This document shows, one piece after another, positions 1-8,351 of a DNA stretch of 64,000 bases. The stretch is from a virus (Duplodnaviria; Heunggongvirae; Uroviricota; Caudoviricetes). The translations under genes and the position numbers were made by a program. The DNA is taken from positions 1-64,000 of the IMG/VR virus record IMGVR_UViG_2675903675_000001. One strand, given 5' to 3'. Below the pieces are notes generated by a model. The model searched no databases and had not been told where the DNA came from. It worked only from the letters and a program-made list of their open reading frames with translations. Position 1 is the stretch's first letter. Every line of letters begins with the position of its first letter.

Positions 1-354
1 AAAGATCGCATCGGTGATATTGTCACCGCCAATGTCATTAAAAACAAAGTTGCGCCTCCATTTAAAAAGGCATCATGGAACTTCTTTTATGACACCGACA
101 TCGGCATTGATTCAATGGATTCGCTTATCGATCACATGTTGGCAATCGGGTACATGAAGAAAAACGCATCAGGCAAAATAATGATAGGCGAAAAGTCTTA
201 CTCTCGAAAAGATGCGGTCGAAATGATTAAGCGCATTGAAAAAGACAAGCTGGTTGATTCCTTGGAGAAGTGGCACGAAGACAACAAAGAAGCCGCTGAC
301 GCTGCGATGGAAGGTGAGAAAGCAGAAGAAGTAGAGGAAGAAAGCGAAGATTAA
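1..354 (+). CDS. recA: RecA-like recombinase, C-terminal part (5' end lies outside window)
   Basis: Frame-1 translation '...NVIKNKVAPPFKKASWNFFYDTDIGID...' matches the conserved C-terminal region of bacterial RecA (E. coli '...[25 protein letters not shown]...'); acidic tail; stop at 352-354. Confidence 0.7.
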   Translation, partial: KDRIGDIVTANVIKNKVAPPFKKASWNFFYDTDIGIDSMDSLIDHMLAIGYMKKNASGKIMIGEKSYSRKDAVEMIKRIEKDKLVDSLEKWHEDNKEAADAAMEGEKAEEVEEESED

Positions 355-499
355 TTAAACCACAAAAGGGCGCACATAGCGCTCTTTTCTTTACCACCAA
401 TCCCAACCCCACCTTTGAAACTTATATAAATATCTTGTATGCCTTTGCTTAATTGATATCATACTGAAAATAAGTAATCAGATACATACAGAGGTATCA

Positions 500-679
500 A
501 TGTTTGAACAAGCCATGTTTAGAAAAACGGTAGATGCAAACAAAAGTATTCTTTCATTAATCCCAAAAGAAAAGAATAACTTAAAGAAAAGATCTATCTA
601 TATCAAAGCAGCAATATCAGCTAAGCGTGAGCTGATTAAATTAAAGGTAAAAAGTAATGAGCAAAATGGAAAAAACTGA
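500..679 (+). CDS. small basic protein (59 aa), hypothetical
   Basis: ATG at 500 preceded by GAGG at 491-494; lysine-rich ORF overlapping the start of the next gene; below the ORF-track cutoff. Confidence 0.3.
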   Translation: MFEQAMFRKTVDANKSILSLIPKEKNNLKKRSIYIKAAISAKRELIKLKVKSNEQNGKN

Positions 680-1403
680 TCCTGTTATTACCGAACGCGA
701 CAGAGACAGAACTGTAAGCCAGCACCCATCTTACGGGATTGTTTCTTTGTCCGTGACTCAAACAAACGGCACTCATCTTTACGGCTCTGATTTGAACCAT
801 CAAAGCTATATGCGCTTTGTCGTTTCATTGGGAGAAGAGCAGCGCGGTTCTGAATCTGATATTCACTACTCAAAAGCCTATGGTTTGGGTAAAAGCCCCG
901 TGTTGGTTGAGTTTTCTATGTCTATGAGTCAATACGTCTCTCTGATCACAACCCCAAACACCAGCTCTGGCGTTCCCTGTACGCTTAATCGTTATCGATC
1001 TAACGATATGGTTGTCCCACCAATGGCAACACGCCCTGCCCCATTCCATGAACGATTAGCGGATGACGTTGACGCTGCCGCCGCGAAAGAAGTTGAAAAG
1101 CTAAAACAGACACTCCGCTTTGTTAATGAACTTGTTGAAAAAGGGAAAGCAGGTAAGAAAGAAATATCTGAGTTGCAACGGATGCTTGAAAATCAAATTG
1201 GCAATCTACCGGGTAATTTAGCCTTTTCCGTCACGTTGGCAAAAGAGGCTGTAGACAAGACCGTTGAGCGTGGGAAAACAGAATTAGAAGCCTCGGTGGT
1301 TAATTCAATGATTCGTTTAGGTATATCAACGATTGGGCAGAGTGAAGACGGTCTTGCGTTGCGAGTACCCGACATTACTTTAATTTCTAAACAAGATGAA
1401 TAA
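657..1403 (+). CDS. hypothetical protein (248 aa)
   Basis: Long ORF with AAGG RBS; C-terminal half predicted helical; no recognisable motif. Confidence 0.55.
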   Translation: MSKMEKTDPVITERDRDRTVSQHPSYGIVSLSVTQTNGTHLYGSDLNHQSYMRFVVSLGEEQRGSESDIHYSKAYGLGKSPVLVEFSMSMSQYVSLITTPNTSSGVPCTLNRYRSNDMVVPPMATRPAPFHERLADDVDAAAAKEVEKLKQTLRFVNELVEKGKAGKKEISELQRMLENQIGNLPGNLAFSVTLAKEAVDKTVERGKTELEASVVNSMIRLGISTIGQSEDGLALRVPDITLISKQDE

Positions 1404-1451
1404 ATTATCTTTAAAAATAACCAATATATATAAATAAATTAAGGAAATAAA

Positions 1452-2234
1452 ATGCCTAACCATGTTAAGAACGTTATTACCGTTAACAACGGAACGAACA
1501 AAGAAAAACTTGCTTTTTTAAATGCCGTGGTTAATAGCGAAGGTTACTTTGATTTCAATCGGTTGGTGTACCGCCCTAAGTCGCTGGAAATTACAAGCGG
1601 CGGTCATACCGCGTCGTTTGCCAGTGCTCTTGTATCGGGGAAATTAGGTAAAAAGTCATTAGCGGAGTTAAGAAATAAACTAGGCGAAGAAGCCTATAGA
1701 CGAGGGTTAAGAGAGGGAAAACTGTACCATGAAAATATAGAAAAATATGGATGCGGTACATGGTATGAATGGAGTCGTGATAATTGGGGAACTAAATGGA
1801 ATGCCTACTCTCAAGAAATGCCTGTTAAAAAACGCAAAAGCCGCACTCAGTATGGTCACAACCATAAACCTACTCATGTCAAAGCTTATGAAAAACGTTT
1901 ATACAAAAAACAACTGAAAGCCTATATCGCTAATGGTGGTGATTTGATTATTAGCTTTGATACCGCTTGGTGCATACCTGAACCAATTTATCACGCAATG
2001 GCTGAACGATTCCCTCATTTAGATATTGAAGTCAAATACGCCGATGAAGATTGGGGTTCTAACTGCGGTCATTTACGAACAAAAAATGGGGTTTTGTTAG
2101 AGGTGGACGTTGCACCTTTATGGCGTGAACAGTCAGAAGAAGAACATATCAAATGGAGAGGGTTTGCGTTTCATCTTAATCATGGCGATGACGCTGATCC
2201 GAAAGATTTTGATATGGATGAAAACTACGAATAG
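1452..2234 (+). CDS. hypothetical protein (260 aa) with conserved NWGTKW block
   Basis: ORF with RBS 'aaggaaataaaATG'; Cys/His and Trp-rich motif 'GCGTWYEWSRDNWGTKWN'. Confidence 0.55.
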   Translation: MPNHVKNVITVNNGTNKEKLAFLNAVVNSEGYFDFNRLVYRPKSLEITSGGHTASFASALVSGKLGKKSLAELRNKLGEEAYRRGLREGKLYHENIEKYGCGTWYEWSRDNWGTKWNAYSQEMPVKKRKSRTQYGHNHKPTHVKAYEKRLYKKQLKAYIANGGDLIISFDTAWCIPEPIYHAMAERFPHLDIEVKYADEDWGSNCGHLRTKNGVLLEVDVAPLWREQSEEEHIKWRGFAFHLNHGDDADPKDFDMDENYE

Positions 2235-2351
2235 ACGTAGCGACTTGACTGAGTTTCTTCGTGAAATAGAGGTCAGCGAGTCTGAATATGAAGAAATCGA
2301 AGCTTGGTTTTCAAAGTACGAAATTAAAATTTAACACTCATTAAATATAAA

Positions 2352-2377
2352 ACACCGCTTCGTCGGTGTTTTTTTTG
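2352..2377 (+). terminator. rho-independent terminator
   Basis: Hairpin acaccg-cttcgt-cggtgt followed by T8. Confidence 0.7.
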
Positions 2378-2441
2378 ATGTAGGTATTTACTTACCTATG
2401 AATATGTATAAGAATCAACACCAACCTAACCGGAGATCATT

Positions 2442-2630
2442 ATGAAATATTATTTATTATCGATCACAACTTTGTTGTTGGTTCTATTTTTAGTGTTTTA
2501 TCTAGCACCGACTTTATTCTCAGCTAAAAGCGACTTTGGTGTATTAGGCGCTCTTGTTGTTCTGTTTTTTATCACGCCCTCTGTGGCAGTTTTCAGTTTT
2601 AGCAAAATCAAGAAATGGAGAAGTAAATAA
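2442..2630 (+). CDS. small integral membrane protein (2 TM), NfeD-like partner of SPFH protein
   Basis: 62 aa, two hydrophobic helices, stop overlaps start of downstream SPFH gene (ATGA overlap at 2627-2633). Confidence 0.6.
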   Translation: MKYYLLSITTLLLVLFLVFYLAPTLFSAKSDFGVLGALVVLFFITPSVAVFSFSKIKKWRSK

Positions 2631-3481
2631 TGCGTATTCGTAAAGGGATTTTAGGTATTGTATTAGCCATTGTCGCAATCACTGGATTGTCTGGTTGCGA
2701 ACGCGCCAAAGTACCTGCTGGTAATGTTGGTATCAAAGTTGATTTGTACGGTGGTGACAAAGGTGTGCAAAACGAAAAGCTGGGCACAGGTAAATACTGG
2801 CTGAGTTGGAATGAAGAGGTTTATCTGTTCCCTCTATTCAAGCAATTGCATCAATATGAACAACCTTTTATGTTCCAAACCTCTGATAGTATGACTATCA
2901 CAGCCGCAGTTGGTATCGAGTACCGTGTTATTGAAGATAAGGTTATCGATGTGTTTAAAACATATCGAAAAGGCGTTCAAGAAATCACTGATAACAATAT
3001 TCGACAACTGATCGCTGACTCACTGATTAACCACGGCTCAAAGCTTGATATTGATAAACTTGCGGCAGGTGGCAAAGCTGGTCTACTTGAAAGCGTCACT
3101 GTTGATTTACGCAAACAGCTTTCACCCGTAGGGATCGAAGTTCAGAAGGTTAGTTGGTTAGGTAAAATGGAATATCCGCCAGAAGTTGTTGAAGCAATCA
3201 ACAAGAAAAACCGAGCCGTTCAAGAAACTCAAATGCGACAAAATGAAGTTGAAAAATCCAAAGCAGAGGCTCAAAAATCGATTGAGGAAGCTAAGGGTAT
3301 TGCCGAATCAACTCGACTAAGAGCGGTTGCTGAGTCCGAAGCTATTTCCTTACGCGGTGATGCTTTACGCAAAAATCCAGAAGTTATCCAGTTAGAAGCT
3401 GTTAATAAATGGAATGGAGTAACGCCTCAATACATGGGCGGCGACGCGCCTCTTCCGTTTTTATCGGTTGGTTCTAAATAA
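2630..3481 (+). CDS. SPFH/band-7 (prohibitin-like) domain lipoprotein
   Basis: Signal peptide with lipobox 'LSGC'; SPFH-like core followed by a long coiled-coil, as in YqiK/HflC-type proteins. Confidence 0.65.
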   Translation: MRIRKGILGIVLAIVAITGLSGCERAKVPAGNVGIKVDLYGGDKGVQNEKLGTGKYWLSWNEEVYLFPLFKQLHQYEQPFMFQTSDSMTITAAVGIEYRVIEDKVIDVFKTYRKGVQEITDNNIRQLIADSLINHGSKLDIDKLAAGGKAGLLESVTVDLRKQLSPVGIEVQKVSWLGKMEYPPEVVEAINKKNRAVQETQMRQNEVEKSKAEAQKSIEEAKGIAESTRLRAVAESEAISLRGDALRKNPEVIQLEAVNKWNGVTPQYMGGDAPLPFLSVGSK

Positions 3482-3501
3482 TTTATTTACCAAACTTTCA
3501 A

Positions 3502-3527
3502 AAGGCGCTTATTTAGCGCCTTTTTTA
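3502..3527 (+). terminator. rho-independent terminator
   Basis: aaggcgct-tattt-agcgcctt followed by T6. Confidence 0.7.
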
Positions 3528-3680
3528 ATGTGCAAAAATAACTTCATTAATTAATCTATTTAATTTTCTTATCGAGATAAATATGGAAAGCAAGATTTAA
3601 GTTATCAGTCATCACACCTTGACTTTCATTTTTTTGCAAACTATAAAATAGGTATTCGCTTACTTAAAATCAGGTAAACA

Positions 3681-3857
3681 ATGAACCATTTACTCACAAT
3701 CTCAATCTTAATTTATATCGGTGGCGCAGGGTTAATGCTTGAGTCTCTTTTCCGCAACAAGGAGAAACTTCCGCTGATGAAGTGCTGGATTTGGATGTTT
3801 ATTTGTCTACCTAGCGTTAAATCTGAAATTGCAAAAATAAGGAAGCATTGCAAATGA
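3681..3857 (+). CDS. small membrane protein (58 aa)
   Basis: ATG at 3681 with AGGT RBS; hydrophobic 'LLTISILIYIGGAGLML'; stop overlaps next start. Confidence 0.4.
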   Translation: MNHLLTISILIYIGGAGLMLESLFRNKEKLPLMKCWIWMFICLPSVKSEIAKIRKHCK

Positions 3858-4051
3858 CCTCACCTATCATGGAATTTTTCAAATACGAACACCTACCAGA
3901 CCGCCTAAAAGCTATCAGCAAGCCTATTTGTGATTTGGCGATGCAAATGGATGAAACACTGCCGGAATCGGCTGAGAAGTCTGTAGGTTTACGAAAACTG
4001 CTGGAAGCTAAAGACGCTTTGGTTAGAGCCTCGTTAGGTGCAGGGAAATGA
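3854..4051 (+). CDS. hypothetical protein (65 aa)
   Basis: ATG 3854 with AAGGAAG RBS; translationally coupled to the next two small ORFs. Confidence 0.45.
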   Translation: MTSPIMEFFKYEHLPDRLKAISKPICDLAMQMDETLPESAEKSVGLRKLLEAKDALVRASLGAGK

Positions 4052-4263
4052 AAATTCTTATTAGCGGCGGCGGCAAAGCATTGCACGAACTTCGCAGAAG
4101 TTTATTGGGTCTATCACCCTCTTTTTTAACATTCGATGAATTTGACGGCTTTTTACCACAACCTTTCTATCAATCTACCCCGAACAAAAACAGATTAACG
4201 GGTGTTTTGAAAATGAAGCGTCTTTCAAGAACAAGAAGAAATAAGGCTAAGAACAAATGCTAA
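4048..4263 (+). CDS. hypothetical basic protein (71 aa)
   Basis: ATGA overlap with upstream ORF; Lys/Arg-rich C-terminus. Confidence 0.4.
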   Translation: MKILISGGGKALHELRRSLLGLSPSFLTFDEFDGFLPQPFYQSTPNKNRLTGVLKMKRLSRTRRNKAKNKC

Positions 4264-4601
4264 AAAAATTTTTACTCTCTATAGCGGTCTTTTTGTCTTT
4301 TGTTTTACTAAGCTCGGCTTACGCATCTAAAACAACGACCGACACTGCGAGCTTTACGAAGCAAGTCTCTAATTGCCGCGCTTATATTGACGGGATGACT
4401 TTTCCAGCGGTTGTTGTTGATACTCGTCGAAGTTTTATTGTTTTTGTTGATGGTCGAGAATACGCATCACCAGCTTTAGTCAACGGTTCTGGGGATTTGG
4501 TTTCAAGCGCGGAAAGCGATAAATTTAAGATAACAAGCGAAGGTTACACGGTATCAACGCCTGATGGTGTTTTTGATATAAGAAAATGCCAACTTTCTTG
4601 A
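4257..4601 (+). CDS. secreted protein with signal peptide (114 aa)
   Basis: N-terminal 'MLKKFLLSIAVFLSFVLLSSAYA' signal peptide. Confidence 0.5.
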   Translation: MLKKFLLSIAVFLSFVLLSSAYASKTTTDTASFTKQVSNCRAYIDGMTFPAVVVDTRRSFIVFVDGREYASPALVNGSGDLVSSAESDKFKITSEGYTVSTPDGVFDIRKCQLS

Positions 4602-4635
4602 TACTCTTTTTTAACGACCGCTGTGGTGAGTGCTG

Positions 4636-4794
4636 CTCTCGATAGTGGTCGTTTTGTTTTTGCTCTCTATAGCGGTCGTTCATTCCCTATTTCTTTGATT
4701 TTCTGATTTTTTCTAATAATTCCAACTCTTCCCTAGTCAATTCAGCCAAAACAGTATCTCCACTCTCTATAGCGGTCTTACTCTCTATAGCGGT
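4636..4794. repeat. iteron set downstream of repA (incA-like): 4 copies of CTCTC[T/G]ATAG[C/T]GGTC
   Basis: 15-mers at 4636-4650, 4663-4677, 4762-4776, 4780-4794; the last two lie inside the repA 3' coding end and encode the duplicated 'KTAIES'. Confidence 0.8.
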
Positions 4795-5703
4795 CTTACC
4801 CTTCTTGGGTTGCTTAGGCGTTTTTGTTTTGTTGAGTTTTGGCATTCTTTCGTGGATTAAAAAGTAAACTGCGTTACCTCTTTTAGTCTCAGTGCAGTCC
4901 AAATACCCTATTTCTTTTAACTGATCTAAAGCTCTTCTGACTGTCGCATTTTGCGTATTGACCCTAGATTTTAAGTTTAATCTCGCTCTTAGCCTCGCCA
5001 TAGATACCGGAGCAGGGTTGCTTGGCAAGCTCTCAATGAACGTATACAAAGCCTGTGCGCTCTCTTTCCTAGGTAATTCGTTGATGGCCCTCAACTGCAA
5101 CAAAACCTTGTGATCAAACTGGTATAACTCAAATATCTTTGGGTCTGCTTGAATAGTTACGGTATCGGCATCCATGTCGTAAGAAGCTGATTGAACAAGA
5201 TGCGTGTGGTAAGCCTTTTTATCATTTGTAAACGATAGCGTTGTTGACACAATACGTCTTAGGGACTCGTCCAGCCTTTCTCTTAGTCGCTTTGACGATC
5301 TGGACGAGGGTATTCCACAAAGTTTAACAAAATCAACAAACTTCAACGTTACCTTGTCACCTATCACCTTATGTTTAGCGAAAGAGTGAATAATGCCGAT
5401 CCATGTTTTGAAATCATTATCCATATCAAGACGTTCACCAGTTATCTTGATATTGGTGTAACCTTCTGATTTAGCTAAAGACAATTGCCTCAATTCATCA
5501 GTAGCATCCATCACCGCCATGAGATTTCGCTTACTGTTTTTGGTTGATTTAAGCGTAGGAACAAACAAGCCCAGTCTCATCAGTGCGACTGGCTGTACGG
5601 TGTTGTTACCGTTGGGAGATAACGTTACAAGCTCACCCGTATCTTTGTTAGCTTCTGAAAAATAAGGTAATAATTTACCATCTTCGCTTTTTTTAGTAGG
5701 CAA
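4687..5703 (-). CDS. repA: plasmid-type replication initiator, RepA-like (iteron-binding)
   Basis: 338-aa ORF sitting between two arrays of the same 15-bp iteron, as in P1 and other iteron-replicon plasmids; basic C-terminus; the protein family call is by context, not by a recognised motif. Confidence 0.6.
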   Translation of the reverse strand: MPTKKSEDGKLLPYFSEANKDTGELVTLSPNGNNTVQPVALMRLGLFVPTLKSTKNSKRNLMAVMDATDELRQLSLAKSEGYTNIKITGERLDMDNDFKTWIGIIHSFAKHKVIGDKVTLKFVDFVKLCGIPSSRSSKRLRERLDESLRRIVSTTLSFTNDKKAYHTHLVQSASYDMDADTVTIQADPKIFELYQFDHKVLLQLRAINELPRKESAQALYTFIESLPSNPAPVSMARLRARLNLKSRVNTQNATVRRALDQLKEIGYLDCTETKRGNAVYFLIHERMPKLNKTKTPKQPKKGKTAIESKTAIESGDTVLAELTREELELLEKIRKSKK

Positions 5704-5751
5704 GAATACACCCCTTTCGTTAAATCAGCTCTCACAGCGGTCTATTATTAC

Positions 5752-5941
5752 CTCTCTACATCGGTCGTGTCACTGTCTACAGCCGTTTATTTGCTCTCTA
5801 TAGCGGTCGTTGTTTGGTGAAATATCAGCGGTGATTCGTGTGTGGATAGTTTTATGCGCTGCTCTCTATAGTGGTCGTTAATCACTGTCTATAGTGGTCG
5901 GTCTGCTCTCTATAGTGGTCGTTTTACTCTCTATAGTGGTC
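5752..5941. repeat. iteron set upstream of repA (origin iterons): 7 copies, mostly at 21-bp phasing
   Basis: CTCTCTA[C/T]A[G/T][C/T]GGTC-type 15-mers at 5752, 5773, 5794, 5862, 5885, 5906 and 5927; 21-bp spacing within each triplet, i.e. two helical turns. Confidence 0.8.
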
Positions 5942-5981
5942 ATCAACCCCCTCTCAGGTCTTATGCACCAAGGGCTGCGGC

Positions 5982-6051
5982 GATCGGGGATCTTATAGGA
6001 TCTATTTAGGGATCTTATTATTGGATCTATCCTGTTGATAAGTGGATAACT
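5982..6051. promoter_or_regulatory. origin accessory region: 5 GATC sites within 46 bp plus two DnaA-box-like 9-mers
   Basis: GATC at 5982, 5989, 5999, 6011 and 6024 within GGATCT[T]AT repeats; 'tgttgataa' (6033-6041) and 'gtggataac' (6043-6051) are each 8/9 to the reverse complement of TTATCCACA. Confidence 0.6.
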
Positions 6052-6128
6052 CACCTGCTCGTTTTTCTTTTTCGCCTTCGTGGATGTTTGATAATTCAAT
6101 TACACACAAAACGAGAAGGAAATTTAAA

Positions 6129-6434
6129 ATGAATATTGGTGATGAAGTTGTAGCATGTGTCGGTATTAGAAGACACGAGGGATCTAAGTGTATCGCGATT
6201 TATGGCGTAGGTGAATTTTTAGGTGAACTAATGCCAGAACCGCATCATCCATTAACAGCAAAGGAGCGGGTTCAGAACACTCGTTTACCTCAAAATATGG
6301 CTAATATCGGCGGTGTTGTTGTTTCTGAGTGGCAATCACCATTCTATACGGTGGATGAGTTTAATCTCATCGTTGCAAAGAATGTTGAGTTAGAGGTAAT
6401 TAAGTTCCCGATCATCGTTAAAACACTTATTTAA
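6129..6434 (+). CDS. hypothetical protein (101 aa)
   Basis: ATG 6129 with AAGGA RBS; the upstream part of the track ORF crosses the origin and is unlikely to be coding. Confidence 0.45.
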   Translation: MNIGDEVVACVGIRRHEGSKCIAIYGVGEFLGELMPEPHHPLTAKERVQNTRLPQNMANIGGVVVSEWQSPFYTVDEFNLIVAKNVELEVIKFPIIVKTLI

Positions 6435-6512
6435 AAATAAATAGGCATTTCGGCACAACATTAAAAAAATCAGATATGATTTGCCTATAACTAGATTAAC
6501 AAGGCAAATCTA

Positions 6513-7145
6513 ATGAAAGACAATTCAATTAAGCAAAAGCATAAACGTGTAAGACGTCTAGAATCCGGCGTCTACACCATTGAACCTAACTCTGTTCTCG
6601 CTAGAAATGATCATCTATGCCAAATTTGCTCCATATCTTCCAACTGTCCGATTCAAATAGCTCTAAAACAAACTCAGGGGCACGCAGAAGCCACAATAAA
6701 AACTTGCGCTAGGTTTGTGCCATCTATCTCATTTAAATCGCCCTACGTGGGTTTAAACTCGTCTCTGTTTAATACATTAAGGGCTGGTACAACGTGGCAG
6801 GAAAGATTAGTCAAAGATAAAGTGATTGCATTAACCGACTCTGAAACCGGAGATATTATTCGTTTTGGGAAGGTTAGAAGTGTTGTTAGCGGTAACGTTG
6901 ATAAAATGCTAACCATACATGCGAAGTTCAATCACTTGGTTATGGGCGGTCAAACTGTTGATGACGTAAAGAAAGTAATTAAACAATCCTATGGTCATTT
7001 CCTAAAAGAAGACTCGAAGTTAACCGCAGTTTATATAGAACAAGTTAGCCATTCACTTATTGATAAAATAGATAAGAAACTAGGAACTCCGCCTACCGAC
7101 GTGCAATCCAATGTTATGAATTTAGACTGGTATCGCAACGTTTAA
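6513..7145 (+). CDS. hypothetical protein (210 aa)
   Basis: Long ORF, RBS 'aaggcaaatctaATG'; no motif recognised. Confidence 0.5.
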   Translation: MKDNSIKQKHKRVRRLESGVYTIEPNSVLARNDHLCQICSISSNCPIQIALKQTQGHAEATIKTCARFVPSISFKSPYVGLNSSLFNTLRAGTTWQERLVKDKVIALTDSETGDIIRFGKVRSVVSGNVDKMLTIHAKFNHLVMGGQTVDDVKKVIKQSYGHFLKEDSKLTAVYIEQVSHSLIDKIDKKLGTPPTDVQSNVMNLDWYRNV

Positions 7146-7265
7146 CCCGAATTAAGGCGTTCGATTTACTCAGCGCCTTACTCTTTTTAGTTCCTCGCCT
7201 TTGTCTTTCTGATATTATTCTTTTACTTAATAAGTAACCAAATACTTAATAAAAGGTAAAAGTAA

Positions 7266-8351
7266 ATGAAGAAAGCACTTTACGGTTTAATATCCGACAC
7301 TCATTACCATGTTTGGAACGCCTTCGCTTCAACATCTCATGACGGAATGAACTCACGTCTTAAAATTCAGCTTGATGCTACTTGGGAAGCCGCTGTTGCT
7401 GCTAAAAATGCAGGTGCAAAGTATCTATTCCACGCTGGTGATGTTTTCCATGTACGCGGCTCAATCGCGCCAACTGTTTTAAACAACACGTCGGATTTGT
7501 ACAACAAGATTAGAAATGAGTTAGGTTTGGAAATTTTTATTCTTGCTGGAAACCATGATCTTGAAACCAACGAATCTGTTTTATCAGCCAACGCCTCAAC
7601 CTCGTTTTCAAAAATTGGTGCAGAAATTGTTTGTTCACAAACGCCAAAAACGTTCAAGGTTGATGATGTTTGCGTTCACATGATTAGTTGGCATAGCGAC
7701 CACAAGGCATTACTGAATACAGTAAAAGAGTTAGCCAAAACATTAGATCCATCAGTGCCTAATGACTTGATTATTCATACCTCAATCAACAAAGCCATTC
7801 CCGGTATGCCGGATGTTGGTATGGAAGCTGAGGAGTTTGAAGGTCTTGGTTTTCGCTACGTATTGTCAGGTCATTACCACAACCACAAAGAGGTTATACC
7901 CGGAGTTGTCTCTATCGGCGCATTGACTCATCAAAATTGGGGTGATGTTGGTACAACGGCAGGGTATATGCTCATCAACGAAGACGGCTCGTATTCGCAA
8001 CATGAAACCAAATCCCCTAAATTTTTGGAGCTGGATGCTGATCTGGACGCTGAAAAAGTCAAAGGTAACTATGTCCGTATCAGTGCAGTAATCAAAAACG
8101 ACGAAGACGGTAAAAAGCTCGAAGAATTAGCGAAGCTGTGGGGTGCTAAAGGCGTTGCGCGAAACTTCACGAAAGAATCATCATTGGTTGGTGCGACAGC
8201 AGCAACGGCTGGGACGGCGAAGATTGACGGCTTGAAAGAGTCGGTCGGCAACTATTGTGTGTTGCTTGGCAAGTCGAGCAGCGATATTGACGTGTCGAAG
8301 TTAACCGGTATTTGTAACGATATTATGTCTCAAGCGGAAGGTGCTGAATAA
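7266..8351 (+). CDS. sbcD: SbcD/Mre11-family recombination nuclease (T4 gp47-like)
   Basis: Calcineurin-like phosphoesterase motifs in order: 'ISDTHYH', 'AGDVFH', 'LAGNHD', 'SGHYHNH'; stop overlaps the start of the SbcC-like gene. Confidence 0.8.
   Translation: MKKALYGLISDTHYHVWNAFASTSHDGMNSRLKIQLDATWEAAVAAKNAGAKYLFHAGDVFHVRGSIAPTVLNNTSDLYNKIRNELGLEIFILAGNHDLETNESVLSANASTSFSKIGAEIVCSQTPKTFKVDDVCVHMISWHSDHKALLNTVKELAKTLDPSVPNDLIIHTSINKAIPGMPDVGMEAEEFEGLGFRYVLSGHYHNHKEVIPGVVSIGALTHQNWGDVGTTAGYMLINEDGSYSQHETKSPKFLELDADLDAEKVKGNYVRISAVIKNDEDGKKLEELAKLWGAKGVARNFTKESSLVGATAATAGTAKIDGLKESVGNYCVLLGKSSSDIDVSKLTGICNDIMSQAEGAE

Noticed and set aside
6042-6128. N-terminal extension of the 6129-6434 ORF back to 6042
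   Set aside because: The extension overlaps the DnaA-box/GATC origin region and lacks an RBS; the ATG at 6129 has a proper AAGGA.
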